64,000 bases of DNA from a candidate division WOR-3 bacterium (GCA_027053075.1 JALUEE010000033.1:45781-109780); one strand, 5' to 3'. Positions 1-9,620 are shown, numbered from the stretch's first letter. Notes: a model not told the origin generated them from the sequence alone. Program-made: numbers and translations.

Positions 1-205
1 CGAGCTCTTTTAACCCATCCGGGTTGTTGGGATAGTATTTCAGCAGGTCTCTGTAGGCCTTTTCTGCGGCATCCAGCTTACCAGAGGCCTTCAGAGAGCG
101 GGCAATTTTCAGTCTCACGTCAAGCCCGTAGATATCCCCCTTTGCTTTCCTGGGAGTCGCAGAGAATAGCATACTGAACATAAGAATTGACGCTATTATT
201 TGCAT
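1..205 (-). CDS. N-terminal fragment of a secreted TPR-like protein (runs off the window edge)
   Basis: Not in the ORF track because it is open at the window edge. Minus-strand ATG at 205..203, with GGAGG (213..217) 7 nt upstream. My translation is MQIIASILMFSMLFSATPRKAKGDIYGLDVRLKIARSLKASGKLDAAEKAYRDLLKYYPNNPDGLKEL, a hydrophobic N-terminus followed by a TPR-like helix pair. It is divergent from the GH8 gene and could be BcsC-like, but only 68 aa are visible. Confidence 0.45.
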   Translation of the reverse strand, partial: MQIIASILMFSMLFSATPRKAKGDIYGLDVRLKIARSLKASGKLDAAEKAYRDLLKYYPNNPDGLKEL

Positions 206-235
206 ATGGGTACCTCCAAAGGTAAAATATAGACC

Positions 236-1342
236 ATGATACTCGTTAAGGCAATTATTTTTTTTCTAATGAGTTACCATTGCAACCAAAAAGATATACA
301 GAAAATTTTAAAAGAATCATGGAAAACCTACAAAGTTCAATTTATCCAGAAAGACGGCAGGGTCCTCGATAAATACAACGGAAATATAACCACGTCAGAG
401 GGACAGGCCTATGCTATGTTCAGGGCAGTCCTCGCCAACGATAAGGCCACATATTACAGAGTTTTAAACTGGACTCTGGTGAATTTGAGAGAGCACAGAG
501 GGGATTGGCTCTTTGCCTGGAAATGGGGAAAAGACAAGTCCGGTAACTGGGGGGTGCTCGATTCTAATTCTGCAGGGGATGCTGACCAGCTAATCGCCTT
601 CGATTTAATACTTGGGTATAAAAAATGGCATGATGACTCTCTTAAGGCCATGGCCAGAAGAGTGCTCGATGACATCTGGGTGAAAGAAGTAGCCAAAGTT
701 GGAGACTGGTACTACATTTTACCCGGTGAGTGGGCAAGGGATATGAAAGATTACAAAATTAATCCAAGTTATTTCCTGCCCTTTGCCTACCCTTATTTTC
801 AGAAGCTGGACGGCACCCGCCCCTGGGATACACTTATTGTTTCAACTTACAGGGTTCTTGATAAAGCATCCACATGGATCGGACTACCGGTGAACTGGGC
901 ATTTGTAAATTCAGAGACTGGCGAAATCTATATTGTCGATGATGATCCAACCGACAATACTTCGGACTTTGGATTTGACGCTGTGAGGGTTTTTCAAAAT
1001 GTTTATCTGGATTATCATCTCTTTAAAAGGAAGGCTGCCATTTCCTACCTTTACTCCCAGAAATGGCTTATCTCTTACTGGAAAGCCCGGGAGATGATAC
1101 CTGCTGAGGTAACGGTTTACGGATTTCCTCGTAAGAATTTTGAAGCAGTATCTATCTATGGCGGAGTTTTACCCGCTATCTATGTAATTGATAAGCGTGC
1201 TTTTGTGGAAATTTGTAAAAAGAAAATCCTGAAGGCATACAAAAAAGGCATCTTTGGAGATCCAAAAGATTATTATGCACAAAATTTAGTGTGGTTTTCC
1301 CTCGCCCTTATATTCTCCAGCTTTACTCTTCCTCTTCCATAA
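236..1342 (+). CDS. bcsZ: Glycoside hydrolase family 8 endoglucanase (BcsZ-like)
   Basis: 368-aa ORF. TSEGQAYAMFRAV and SAGDADQLIAFDLILGYKKW match the GH8 catalytic and signature regions. It lies next to bcsB/bcsA. The 3' end overlaps the bcsB 3' end convergently by 20 nt. The start codon is uncertain because no clear SD is present. Confidence 0.8.
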   Translation: MILVKAIIFFLMSYHCNQKDIQKILKESWKTYKVQFIQKDGRVLDKYNGNITTSEGQAYAMFRAVLANDKATYYRVLNWTLVNLREHRGDWLFAWKWGKDKSGNWGVLDSNSAGDADQLIAFDLILGYKKWHDDSLKAMARRVLDDIWVKEVAKVGDWYYILPGEWARDMKDYKINPSYFLPFAYPYFQKLDGTRPWDTLIVSTYRVLDKASTWIGLPVNWAFVNSETGEIYIVDDDPTDNTSDFGFDAVRVFQNVYLDYHLFKRKAAISYLYSQKWLISYWKAREMIPAEVTVYGFPRKNFEAVSIYGGVLPAIYVIDKRAFVEICKKKILKAYKKGIFGDPKDYYAQNLVWFSLALIFSSFTLPLP

Positions 1343-3641
1343 GTCTCCTCTTCTTGTACTCATCCACAAGTGCTCTTATAACCTTGTAGAGGAGGTACAG
1401 CACAATGATCATGAGAATGGAGAGAATCAGCACGTGCCTGGCGAAGAAAAATCTCAATCTCTTGAAGAAGCCAACATGGCCAACAATTCTCTTGTGACCA
1501 ATATCAATGGACTTGACCTCAAAGGAAGAGTTGACCGCTACAATATTTCCTTTCTTGAATTTTGTCAGGATTTTAGGCATTAAAAGTGCCTCAAGAGGAT
1601 ACTGTATATTTTTCCTGTTTCTGGAATAGGCGATGAGGACCGTCTTGTCCTTATTGTATGGAGATATAATCTGCTCCAGGAAACCAGCAGAATCATAGTC
1701 GTAGGCCTTTATCACCTCGATTTTAACACCCTCTTCTCCACCGCCAAAAATTCTTTTCCAGAAACTTCTCTTTTTCACAGTAACGTAGGTTCTAAGACTT
1801 TTGACCCCATACTTGGTTATGTAGAGATATTTTCTGTCAGATAACTCTCGTATAAACGAGTTGTTTGCCTCGTTGCCAAATGTGATAAAGTGGTAATTTT
1901 TAAGCATTTCTTCGCCGCTGAGCTGAGCCGGTGTCAAAACCTTAAACTGGATGGATTGCGGAGAAGTTTCTTTCCCAAAGTAAGTGACAAGGAGCAGAAG
2001 ATTGTGTATGTCATCATAGTCATACTTATCAGGCAAAACAAAGACCACGTCCTTCATGTTTTGCCAGAGTGTGTACGGGAAACCTGCGTATTTGATCAGA
2101 CTAACATCGGGCATCTCGGTGAAGTATTCACGATCCATTTTGATTGTAGAGCTCGCATGGATGGTTCCCCATATCTGCTTATCAGAGACCCTTCTACAGG
2201 GATCGTAATTAATGGGGAAGAGGTGGAAAACGACAACCATGTGGTTTCTGGCCCCCAGAAGCCATGTTGGGAGTGGTACATTCAAAGTGGCATAGGATTC
2301 ACCCGACTTATTTCTCAATAGCTTCGAGACCACCGAGCGATTATTTATTATCACCTCAACCATGGATAATCTACCGTCCAGACCTGCACTGTAGCTGTAA
2401 ACTAACTTCAATTTAGCGCCCTTGGTGAGAAACTGAGCGTCCGGCTGTGTAAACAGGTTTATATTCACAGGCTTGGCATAAAAGCCACGAACAGTGGTGT
2501 CGGACATCCCGAGCTCTGAGAGTTCAAACTTTGTCTTTAATGGTATGTATCCCTTTTGCTGCCGATATTTAAGGGTATCCACCATGTTTACATCATAAAT
2601 AACAGCTCTTGGGCCTGAGAGAATTTTATTACCTGCAAATAGAGCCTTTGCTGCCTTTAATACACCCTGGGGATCCATTCCTGTTACAATTAAAACGGCC
2701 CTCTTGGTGTTTTTAGGGTCATTCTTGACCATGATGACACCTGTTCCAGGGGACACGCCAGCACCCTTCTTGGGGAAAAGCTCATCTGTAGAGGCAAACT
2801 TCAAAATCTCCGGGTTTTCTTTAATAGTTCCTACAAGGATGATATCCTTATTGGTCTCGGATGACGATTTCAAAATATTGACCTTTACGTCCCTAAAGGA
2901 AATGTAATTGGAGAGGATGAAATCGATGTAGGACATAGCCTCAATGGTCGAGACCGTGGGTGTAGAAGGCACCACAAAATTGATTTCTCTTGGCCCATAG
3001 TCCCTTTTATCAAAGAACGGGTATGGGAAAACCCCAAGATTAACGATTGGAGAAATGGGACGATATTTAAACAGAATGTACGATTTCTTGGAGACCTTTG
3101 TCCATAGAGCAGGTGAAAAGGGGTCCTCACAGTCCTCTGTGTAGTGCTGATCAACTAAGAAGCTCAGGGTGTTGTAGTCATCCAGTATGTAAGGTGGAAT
3201 GGGCAGAACGATCTCTGTTGTTACGGAGTTTTCTTTTGTCAACGTTATGGATTTAAGGGTTATGTTGTTGATTGCGATAGAAAGGTGTGACATGCTTGGG
3301 AGAAGTGCCTCAGAATGGTTAAAAAATATGTGTATTTCTGTACCTTCCAAGACATTCCATCTTTTGGGTTTCGTAAATGTTAGCCTCTCAGTAGCGTGCA
3401 ATCCCTTTAAATTCAGGTCTTTTTTCACAAACAGGTCTTTTTCAAATGTGGCTCTATAGGTTGAGACTCCTGCGACTCTGGGAGCCTTTTTAACTGATTT
3501 TGGAGGTGCAGCCGGTTTACTCTTTTTGACAACTTTTTTACGGTATGTAGAACGGTAATAAGGTTTCTTACGAACGGTAACTGCATTGAGCATCGAACCT
3601 GTTAAGAAAAACAAAACCATCAGGTATAATACCTTCCTCAT
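1323..3641 (-). CDS. bcsB: Cellulose synthase subunit B-like periplasmic protein (BcsB)
   Basis: Large ORF immediately downstream of bcsA. I trimmed the start to ATG 3641 (MRKVLYLMVLFFL, signal-like), which is preceded by AAGGAGGAAACG. It has a C-terminal hydrophobic anchor (HVLILSILMIIVLYLLY). Size (~770 aa) and position are typical of BcsB. The call rests mainly on context and architecture. Confidence 0.65.
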   Translation of the reverse strand: MRKVLYLMVLFFLTGSMLNAVTVRKKPYYRSTYRKKVVKKSKPAAPPKSVKKAPRVAGVSTYRATFEKDLFVKKDLNLKGLHATERLTFTKPKRWNVLEGTEIHIFFNHSEALLPSMSHLSIAINNITLKSITLTKENSVTTEIVLPIPPYILDDYNTLSFLVDQHYTEDCEDPFSPALWTKVSKKSYILFKYRPISPIVNLGVFPYPFFDKRDYGPREINFVVPSTPTVSTIEAMSYIDFILSNYISFRDVKVNILKSSSETNKDIILVGTIKENPEILKFASTDELFPKKGAGVSPGTGVIMVKNDPKNTKRAVLIVTGMDPQGVLKAAKALFAGNKILSGPRAVIYDVNMVDTLKYRQQKGYIPLKTKFELSELGMSDTTVRGFYAKPVNINLFTQPDAQFLTKGAKLKLVYSYSAGLDGRLSMVEVIINNRSVVSKLLRNKSGESYATLNVPLPTWLLGARNHMVVVFHLFPINYDPCRRVSDKQIWGTIHASSTIKMDREYFTEMPDVSLIKYAGFPYTLWQNMKDVVFVLPDKYDYDDIHNLLLLVTYFGKETSPQSIQFKVLTPAQLSGEEMLKNYHFITFGNEANNSFIRELSDRKYLYITKYGVKSLRTYVTVKKRSFWKRIFGGGEEGVKIEVIKAYDYDSAGFLEQIISPYNKDKTVLIAYSRNRKNIQYPLEALLMPKILTKFKKGNIVAVNSSFEVKSIDIGHKRIVGHVGFFKRLRFFFARHVLILSILMIIVLYLLYKVIRALVDEYKKRRLMEEEE

Positions 3642-3660
3642 CGTTTCCTCCTTTTTGTGC

Positions 3661-5784
3661 TTACTTTTTAGATTTAACCATATGTGAAACAACCCTGACC
3701 GGGGTCGTTAGCACTCTGCCCAGTGATTTTAGTGGATTATCCTCCTCAGCCTCAGTATAAATCCACTTATCCGCAGGCGAGTATATAAGCTGAATAATAT
3801 CTTTTCTGGTCTCAATATCCTCATCTGTGAGATTAAATTTGAGTCCTGCTATAGTGGAATTTTCCAGCTTAACGTACCAGGCAACCTCGGCCTTCACAAA
3901 AACCCTTTTGCCCTGTTTACCGAAAATTATGAGGTCAACATTTTTAGGTAAATCAATGGCCTTGTTGAGAGTGATTTTAGCACCACCTTCAGATAAATCC
4001 TCCACCTTTCCAATATAACCCTTGCTTCGTATCCAGACCTGACAGGGCAGGTCAACCTCCACCCTGTAGTACCGTCGTCGCTGAGGTCTCTCAAATGCCA
4101 CGAAGGTCGAGGCAAGGACTATGAAGAAGTTAAACAGATTCCAGAATCCGTTGATGAGCACAGCATCAATCTCATCAGGATGAGTCTTCCAGCGAATGGG
4201 CGTAAAGATAATACCTAAAATGGTGAGTGCAAGCAGGGCAAGAAGTGGCCTTACCGGGCGGATGTCAAAGTAGTATTCATCTTCTTTGGCCACTTTGGGG
4301 GTAACGACAAATCTTCCTTTTCTCGGATTTATCAGAGTGACAGTAGAAATTACAAGAGAATAGTATGAGCGCGCCGTTTCGTAAATCTCCGTCCAGAAAG
4401 AATGTCTCACGTTCTTTGACATGAGAGAACCTGTTAGGACAGCACCTATAAGGTGGGGGAACGCGTAAGCCACAACATCAAGTGCTGTACCAACAAGAGG
4501 GTAAATACCGAACAACAGGTATGAGAGGGGGGCAAGAATAAAAACAATTCTTGCATAACCAGAGAAAAAGTGAATCATGGAGTTCAGGTATGCAAGACGC
4601 TGAGGGATGGTTAGTCCCTTTTTAAACAATGGATTATCAAGCCTGAAAATTTGAATCATCCCTCTCGTCCATCTACCCCTCTGTGAAACGTAATAAGCAT
4701 ATCTATCAGTGGCAATACCAGCAGCCTGAGGAATGCCAAGATAAACTGAATTCCATCCCCGTGCGTGCAGTTTAATGGATGTATGCGCATCCTCTGTAAC
4801 AGTATCCTGAGCTATACCACCTATTTCCTCAAGTGCTTTTCTTTTGAGAACAGCACATGAACCGCAGAAGTAAACCGCGTTCCAGAGGTCCTTCCCGGGC
4901 TGAACGAGGTGGTAAAAGTACTGCTGCTCCTCAGGTAACACCTTCTCAAGATATAGATTCCTCTCGTAAACATCAGGATTGTAGAAATGATGTGGAGTCT
5001 GAACGAGGGCCAGCTTTGGGTCCTTCAGGAAGAATCCCACAGTCATCTGAAGGAAACTCCTTGTGGGCACATGGTCGGCATCAAAGATCGCGATAAGGTC
5101 ACCGTTAGTCAATTTCAGGGCGTGGTTTATATTGCCGGCTTTAGCTCCTTCGTTGGTCTCACGGGTTATATAGTGAGCACCAAGCTCCTCGGCCAATTTC
5201 TTCACCTCGGGTCTACGACCGTCATCAAGCACATAGACCTTCTTTTTCGGATAGTCGATTGCAAGCGCTGCAGCAATGGTTGGCCTCAAAACTTCCAGGG
5301 GCTCATCGTAAGTAGGAATGAAAATGTCCACTGTCGGCCACTTACTGATATCCTCAGGAAGTGGCACGGGCTTTCGGTTTATAGGCTCAATGATCTCAAA
5401 ATAACCAAGGATAAGTACGAGGAAACCATAAAGCTCTGCAAGTAAAAGTATTACACTGACAATAAAACTTGCAGTGTAATAGGTGTTTATAGTCTCGGTA
5501 GCCCTCCAGTAGAAGTATCTGAATGAGAGGGCAAAGCTCAATGTAAGCATAAAGATACGCTCTTTTGGGAACCACTTATAAATGATCAGCATGAGGAGCA
5601 AAATCGGGGTTGATACAATGAGCTGCTCCTTCCAGTAAAGTTTAAAAGTGATAAAGTAGAGACTGACTATAATTGTTAGAAGATAGATAACAACTTTAAG
5701 CCACGGATATGTTCCTACTGACCTGTAAATTAGGAAATCGAATCTTCTTGCGCCTTTCTGGGCTTTCCGGAAGAGGGCGGTCAT
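3661..5784 (-). CDS. bcsA: Cellulose synthase catalytic subunit with C-terminal PilZ domain (BcsA)
   Basis: GT2 motifs are visible: VLDDG, AKAGNIN, FDADH, QTPHHF, YFCGSCAV, TED, QRGRW. PilZ motifs are also present: RRRYYR ... DLSEGGA, a c-di-GMP binding signature. Multiple TM segments flank the catalytic domain. Confidence 0.92.
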   Translation of the reverse strand: MTALFRKAQKGARRFDFLIYRSVGTYPWLKVVIYLLTIIVSLYFITFKLYWKEQLIVSTPILLLMLIIYKWFPKERIFMLTLSFALSFRYFYWRATETINTYYTASFIVSVILLLAELYGFLVLILGYFEIIEPINRKPVPLPEDISKWPTVDIFIPTYDEPLEVLRPTIAAALAIDYPKKKVYVLDDGRRPEVKKLAEELGAHYITRETNEGAKAGNINHALKLTNGDLIAIFDADHVPTRSFLQMTVGFFLKDPKLALVQTPHHFYNPDVYERNLYLEKVLPEEQQYFYHLVQPGKDLWNAVYFCGSCAVLKRKALEEIGGIAQDTVTEDAHTSIKLHARGWNSVYLGIPQAAGIATDRYAYYVSQRGRWTRGMIQIFRLDNPLFKKGLTIPQRLAYLNSMIHFFSGYARIVFILAPLSYLLFGIYPLVGTALDVVAYAFPHLIGAVLTGSLMSKNVRHSFWTEIYETARSYYSLVISTVTLINPRKGRFVVTPKVAKEDEYYFDIRPVRPLLALLALTILGIIFTPIRWKTHPDEIDAVLINGFWNLFNFFIVLASTFVAFERPQRRRYYRVEVDLPCQVWIRSKGYIGKVEDLSEGGAKITLNKAIDLPKNVDLIIFGKQGKRVFVKAEVAWYVKLENSTIAGLKFNLTDEDIETRKDIIQLIYSPADKWIYTEAEEDNPLKSLGRVLTTPVRVVSHMVKSKK

Positions 5785-6575
5785 TTTTTGATCACCTGCT
5801 CAAGAACAGCCTCTCTGGCTTTTATTTCTTTGGCCAATAATCTGAATGCCCGCGCTCCTGCTGACCCTGGCTCATGATAGATGACAGGTTTGCCGTACGC
5901 AAGGGCTTCTGCAATATTCAGGTCCTTGGGAATCTTGGTTTTAAATGGGATGTTTTTATACTTCTGCTCAAGGACCCTGGCCGTTTGAACCATCAATTCT
6001 TCACGGCCGTCGTACATGTTTATGATTATACCAAGTACCCGTAAAGTTGGTTTTAATTTCTCCTTAATGTCTTTAAGAAAAACAAAAACCGCTGGAAGTG
6101 TCCTGTATGCGAGGGGTTCGGATTGAACAGTAATCATCACCGCATCCGAGGCCACAACAGCACTTCCCGTAATGCTGTTAAATGTTGGCGGCGTATCAAT
6201 AAGAATGTAATCGTACCGGTCTTTTACCCCGGTATACTCAAACCAGTTTTTGAGCCTATCGAGGTTTTTTGATACAGATGATATTTTCCACTCAAGGTAC
6301 GGATTCACCGGACCACTGGGGATTATATCAATGTTCTGGAAAGGGGTTTTCTTTATCACATCCTCAGGTCGGACATTCTTTAAAAGGATATTAAAGCTAC
6401 CACTCTCCAGCTTTTCCTTGTATAGACCTATGCCCAGATAGAGAGAGTTTTGAGGGTCAAGATCAACTAAGAGAACTTTATCGCCTGATTCCGCAAATGC
6501 CGCTCCAAGATTTATTACAACGGTTGTTTTACCCACTCCACCTTTTTTGGACAGTATAGCGTAGATTTTTCCCAT
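5781..6575 (-). CDS. bcsQ: ParA/MinD-family ATPase (BcsQ-like)
   Basis: Deviant Walker A motif SKKGGVGKTT, followed by LVDLDPQ. There is a 4-nt ATGA overlap with the bcsA start, indicating translational coupling. Confidence 0.8.
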   Translation of the reverse strand: MGKIYAILSKKGGVGKTTVVINLGAAFAESGDKVLLVDLDPQNSLYLGIGLYKEKLESGSFNILLKNVRPEDVIKKTPFQNIDIIPSGPVNPYLEWKISSVSKNLDRLKNWFEYTGVKDRYDYILIDTPPTFNSITGSAVVASDAVMITVQSEPLAYRTLPAVFVFLKDIKEKLKPTLRVLGIIINMYDGREELMVQTARVLEQKYKNIPFKTKIPKDLNIAEALAYGKPVIYHEPGSAGARAFRLLAKEIKAREAVLEQVIKK

Positions 6576-6584
6576 ATCACTCCT

Positions 6585-7001
6585 TTACTCAAAGGAGAAG
6601 AAGTCTTTAGCAGTTTTCGCTGACTTCTTTCTCTTCTCTATAACCTTTTCAACGGCTTTCCTTCCCTCTTCCTCTTCAATAAGAGATTCAAAGAATTTTC
6701 TCGCGGTTTCTTTGCCACCGAGTCTCACTTCTTCTATCTTCTCCTCGATAATCTTTTCCTTCACCTCAGGTGGTAGCTCACGGAATACCTCCTCGAGGAT
6801 CTTCTCAATAGGAGCGTTCTCCTGCAACAAGGGGTAAAGAATCTCTTCTTTAGATTTCTCCTCTTCCTCGGTAAATGACCTGTAGGGAAAATCTTTAATC
6901 TTATACTCCTCTGTCAGCTCCTTTACATCGAGGTCTTCCGATATTTCAATCGGAGGCGGCTCCTCTTTACCGCGCTTTTTTAACTTCTTCTTTATAAGCA
7001 T
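6585..7001 (-). CDS. Hypothetical, highly charged (E/K-rich) protein
   Basis: 138-aa ORF. Its start abuts the stop of the upstream gene (7002), and it ends 9 nt before bcsQ. About half its residues are charged and it has no TM segment. I recognise no family. Confidence 0.5.
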   Translation of the reverse strand: MLIKKKLKKRGKEEPPPIEISEDLDVKELTEEYKIKDFPYRSFTEEEEKSKEEILYPLLQENAPIEKILEEVFRELPPEVKEKIIEEKIEEVRLGGKETARKFFESLIEEEEGRKAVEKVIEKRKKSAKTAKDFFSFE

Positions 7002-7664
7002 TTAAATCACCTCTTTTGCCTCTCCGAGACTGATTCCCAGCTTCTTGAGTAGAAGGGTATAATCAGGATTCTCCGCGAGTATCCTCTCAATTTCTTTGAT
7101 ATTTTTGGAGGTGCTCACAAGGAAGATAAATCTGCCTTCTCCTCCCTTGAAGCTGGTGATCTCAAGCGCTCTGATACCCTTTCCTATGAGCGATGAGAAA
7201 ACTCCTGTAAAAAACCCCGAAAGGAGCATAGCTGTTGGTAGAACCTCGCTACTCTTGCCGTAAGCAAGCGGAGAATAAACTGGAAGAATATAAAACTGCT
7301 TCTCTTTTTTAGCCTTGGATAGGTCAATCTCTGCCCATCTTTTGAGAAGGAGGTAATCGTTCAGGATTTTCAGGAAAAGCTCAACCTCAAGGTCTGTAAT
7401 GGATTCTCCATAGTTAGAGGTTATGAAGTTGTCCATCCTTTTGTAGAACTTCTCTCCCCAATTTGCACCAATTTCATAGAGAATCTGCATTCCCTCTTCG
7501 TATTCTGTCAGCACACCCGCGATAGCGTCGAGGAAATCCTCGGTAACCATGATTTCCACAGGGCTGTTAAAAAACTGAATCCTTCCGCTTTTAATAGCCA
7601 CGGGAAGCGGTCTTTTCTCCGCCGACTCCTCTACATCTCCCAGATCCCAAAAAGACTCTTTCAT
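7002..7664 (-). CDS. Hypothetical cytoplasmic protein, weakly V4R-like
   Basis: 220-aa ORF tightly packed in the bcs operon. The C-terminal segment (LSGFFTGVFSSLIGKGIRALEITSFKGGEGRFIFLV) loosely recalls V4R-type ligand-binding domains but lacks their cysteines. The family assignment is speculative. Confidence 0.5.
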   Translation of the reverse strand: MKESFWDLGDVEESAEKRPLPVAIKSGRIQFFNSPVEIMVTEDFLDAIAGVLTEYEEGMQILYEIGANWGEKFYKRMDNFITSNYGESITDLEVELFLKILNDYLLLKRWAEIDLSKAKKEKQFYILPVYSPLAYGKSSEVLPTAMLLSGFFTGVFSSLIGKGIRALEITSFKGGEGRFIFLVSTSKNIKEIERILAENPDYTLLLKKLGISLGEAKEVI

Positions 7665-7717
7665 AACTCCTCTCCTTTTTCTTTAATTTAAATTGATAGC
7701 GTCTTTTAAGTCAAGCT

Positions 7718-8179
7718 TTATTCTAATATTTTGCGGTATTTGAAAAATATCCTTGCCCGCATTTCGCGCAGTAGCCACTTGCCATGCGCAATGTCGTAAG
7801 CTGTTAAGAACATATTCCCCATAAATCCTGTTAAAAGAAGGGAAATACTTAAATTTATTTTCCTCCTTTGCTTTCCAATATCTGGATCAGGGTTTGTTAC
7901 TCCTGAATAGAGTGAAGCTATGCCATAAACAAGTGCCCCGGATAATACCATGCGGCCACCCAAAATCATAGCCCCCGTGAGCTTCTTATCGAGCATAAAA
8001 TGCATATAACCGGGGATGAATGCTGAAAAAGCGTAATCATCGTAGCTGACCTTCCAGATGAGAATTTTGTACTCCCTGTAGGTCATTTTCGGGGGAACAT
8101 AAGGAAGGGTAAAATGGTTTCCGTAGAGCAAATCCCCCTGATTAAAAAATATGCTTAAAATGAATAAAACGTTGAACAT
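7718..8179 (-). CDS. Hypothetical small membrane protein, first gene of the bcs-like operon
   Basis: 153-aa ORF with a hydrophobic N-terminus and 2-3 predicted TM segments (GAMILGGRMVLSGALVYGIASLY, LSISLLLTGFMGNMFL). A promoter-like element lies directly upstream. Confidence 0.5.
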   Translation of the reverse strand: MFNVLFILSIFFNQGDLLYGNHFTLPYVPPKMTYREYKILIWKVSYDDYAFSAFIPGYMHFMLDKKLTGAMILGGRMVLSGALVYGIASLYSGVTNPDPDIGKQRRKINLSISLLLTGFMGNMFLTAYDIAHGKWLLREMRARIFFKYRKILE

Positions 8180-8188
8180 CGCTTGAAA

Positions 8189-8217
8189 ATTCTATTAATT
8201 CGTAGTTGTAAAGTCAA
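8189..8217 (-). promoter_or_regulatory. Sigma70-like promoter TTGACT-17-TAGAAT for the bcs-like operon
   Basis: On the minus strand, TTGACT is at 8217..8212 and TAGAAT at 8194..8189. The ATG at 8179 begins 9 nt after the -10 element and has no SD, so the mRNA would be leaderless or nearly so. Confidence 0.35.
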
Positions 8218-8256
8218 GCAAAAAACGAGCTTGTCTAAAAATGTTCCCCCTCCCAT

Positions 8257-8289
8257 CCTCCCCCACGCACTTCGTGCGTGGGGGAGGAG
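8257..8289. terminator. GC-rich hairpin between leuB and the bcs promoter
   Basis: TCCTCCCCCACGCAC-TTCG-GTGCGTGGGGGAGGA, perfect 14-15 bp arms with a 4-nt loop. There is no adjacent U-tract on either strand, so a terminator function is inferred from position only. Confidence 0.35.
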
Positions 8290-8537
8290 ACAGGTGGGGG
8301 AGATTCCTGTTAGAATTCCAATAAATTGAAATTTTTTAAACCAGCAAAATCTGGCACTTTTCAGGAATTATACTCTGTATCTATTACCGTAAAAAATCCT
8401 CTTTAAAGATTGTGCTATTTGGCACTTTTAAAGCCAATATTCAGCAGTTCAAAAATTTAAGCGCAGAGTTAATGCCATCAAAATACTCAATTTTTCAACA
8501 CAAAACTTTCGATATGAAGGGCTACCGGTCAAGAACC

Positions 8538-9620
8538 CTAACCTTCTAAAACCCTCTTAGCTATCTCATCGGACATTTCACGGGTACCGACCAGTTTCTC
8601 CTCAGGCTTGCCCGAGTAAATATCTCTTGTCCTTAATCCATCGTCGAGAACCTTCTCAACTGCCCTGTCAATCCTGTTGTAAGCATCGTCCATGTCAAAG
8701 GTGTACTTGAGCATCATTGCAGCACTCATAATCTGTGCAATGGGGTTGGCAATACCTTTCCCGGCGATATCCGGAGCCGTGCCACCCACAGGCTCGTAGA
8801 GACCAAACTTTTTCTCGTTAATGCTCGCAGATGGTAGCATCCCGAGCGAACCTGTTATCATTGCCATTTCGTCGCTCAAAATATCTCCAAACATATTGGA
8901 AGCGAGAATCACATCGAACTGGCGCGGGTTTCTCACCAATTGCATGGCAGCATTGTCAATGTAATAATGATTCAACTCCACTTCAGGATAACTTTCATGC
9001 ACCTCTTCCACTGTCCTTCTCCAGAGGAGTGAGGCATAAAGCACGTTTGCCTTATCAACTGAAGTAACTTTCTTTCCTCTTTTCATAGCCGTATCGAATG
9101 CAACCTTGGCAATCCTCTCTACTTCCCACTTATGGTATATCATGGTATCAAAAGCGACATCGTCTTTGAGCTCCTTGGGCTTTCCGAAATAAATACCGCT
9201 CGTGAGCTCACGGACAACCATGATATCAAAGCCACCACCAATAATTTCCTCTTTTAGCGGTGATGCCCATACAAGAGGTTTGTAAATTTTCCCGTACCTG
9301 AGATTTGCGAAAAAGTCAAAATGCTTCCTCAAAGGAAGAAGTGCCCCTCGCTCCGGCTGTTTATCCGGTGGCAGGTGCTCCCACTTTGGACCACCTACAG
9401 AGCCAAAGAGAATGGCATCAGACTGTTCACACCTTCTCAGGGTCTCCTGCGGCAATGGAGTTCCCCAGTTATCGATAGCTATTCCACCTACATCGGCATA
9501 AACATATTCAAAACTGACGTCATAGACTTTTTCAATGGCATTTAGAACAGTGATTGCCCCTTCCATAACTTCGGGGCCAATTCCATCTCCTGGCAGTACA
9601 GCCACTCTGAACTTTTTCAT
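8538..9620 (-). CDS. leuB: 3-isopropylmalate dehydrogenase
   Basis: 360 aa. The N-terminus is [13 protein letters not shown], and [20 protein letters not shown] and the size match LeuB. It overlaps the leuD stop by 4 nt. Confidence 0.93.
   Translation of the reverse strand: MKKFRVAVLPGDGIGPEVMEGAITVLNAIEKVYDVSFEYVYADVGGIAIDNWGTPLPQETLRRCEQSDAILFGSVGGPKWEHLPPDKQPERGALLPLRKHFDFFANLRYGKIYKPLVWASPLKEEIIGGGFDIMVVRELTSGIYFGKPKELKDDVAFDTMIYHKWEVERIAKVAFDTAMKRGKKVTSVDKANVLYASLLWRRTVEEVHESYPEVELNHYYIDNAAMQLVRNPRQFDVILASNMFGDILSDEMAMITGSLGMLPSASINEKKFGLYEPVGGTAPDIAGKGIANPIAQIMSAAMMLKYTFDMDDAYNRIDRAVEKVLDDGLRTRDIYSGKPEEKLVGTREMSDEIAKRVLEG

Noticed and set aside
8352-8425. Two TGGCAC-TTTT motifs (8352..8357 and 8420..8425) resembling sigma-54 -24 elements; the second has GC at the correct -12 spacing
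   Set aside because: Both point on the plus strand into the 3' end of leuB in antisense, with no downstream gene. The first lacks a -12 GC. This is likely a chance repeat in AT-rich spacer sequence.
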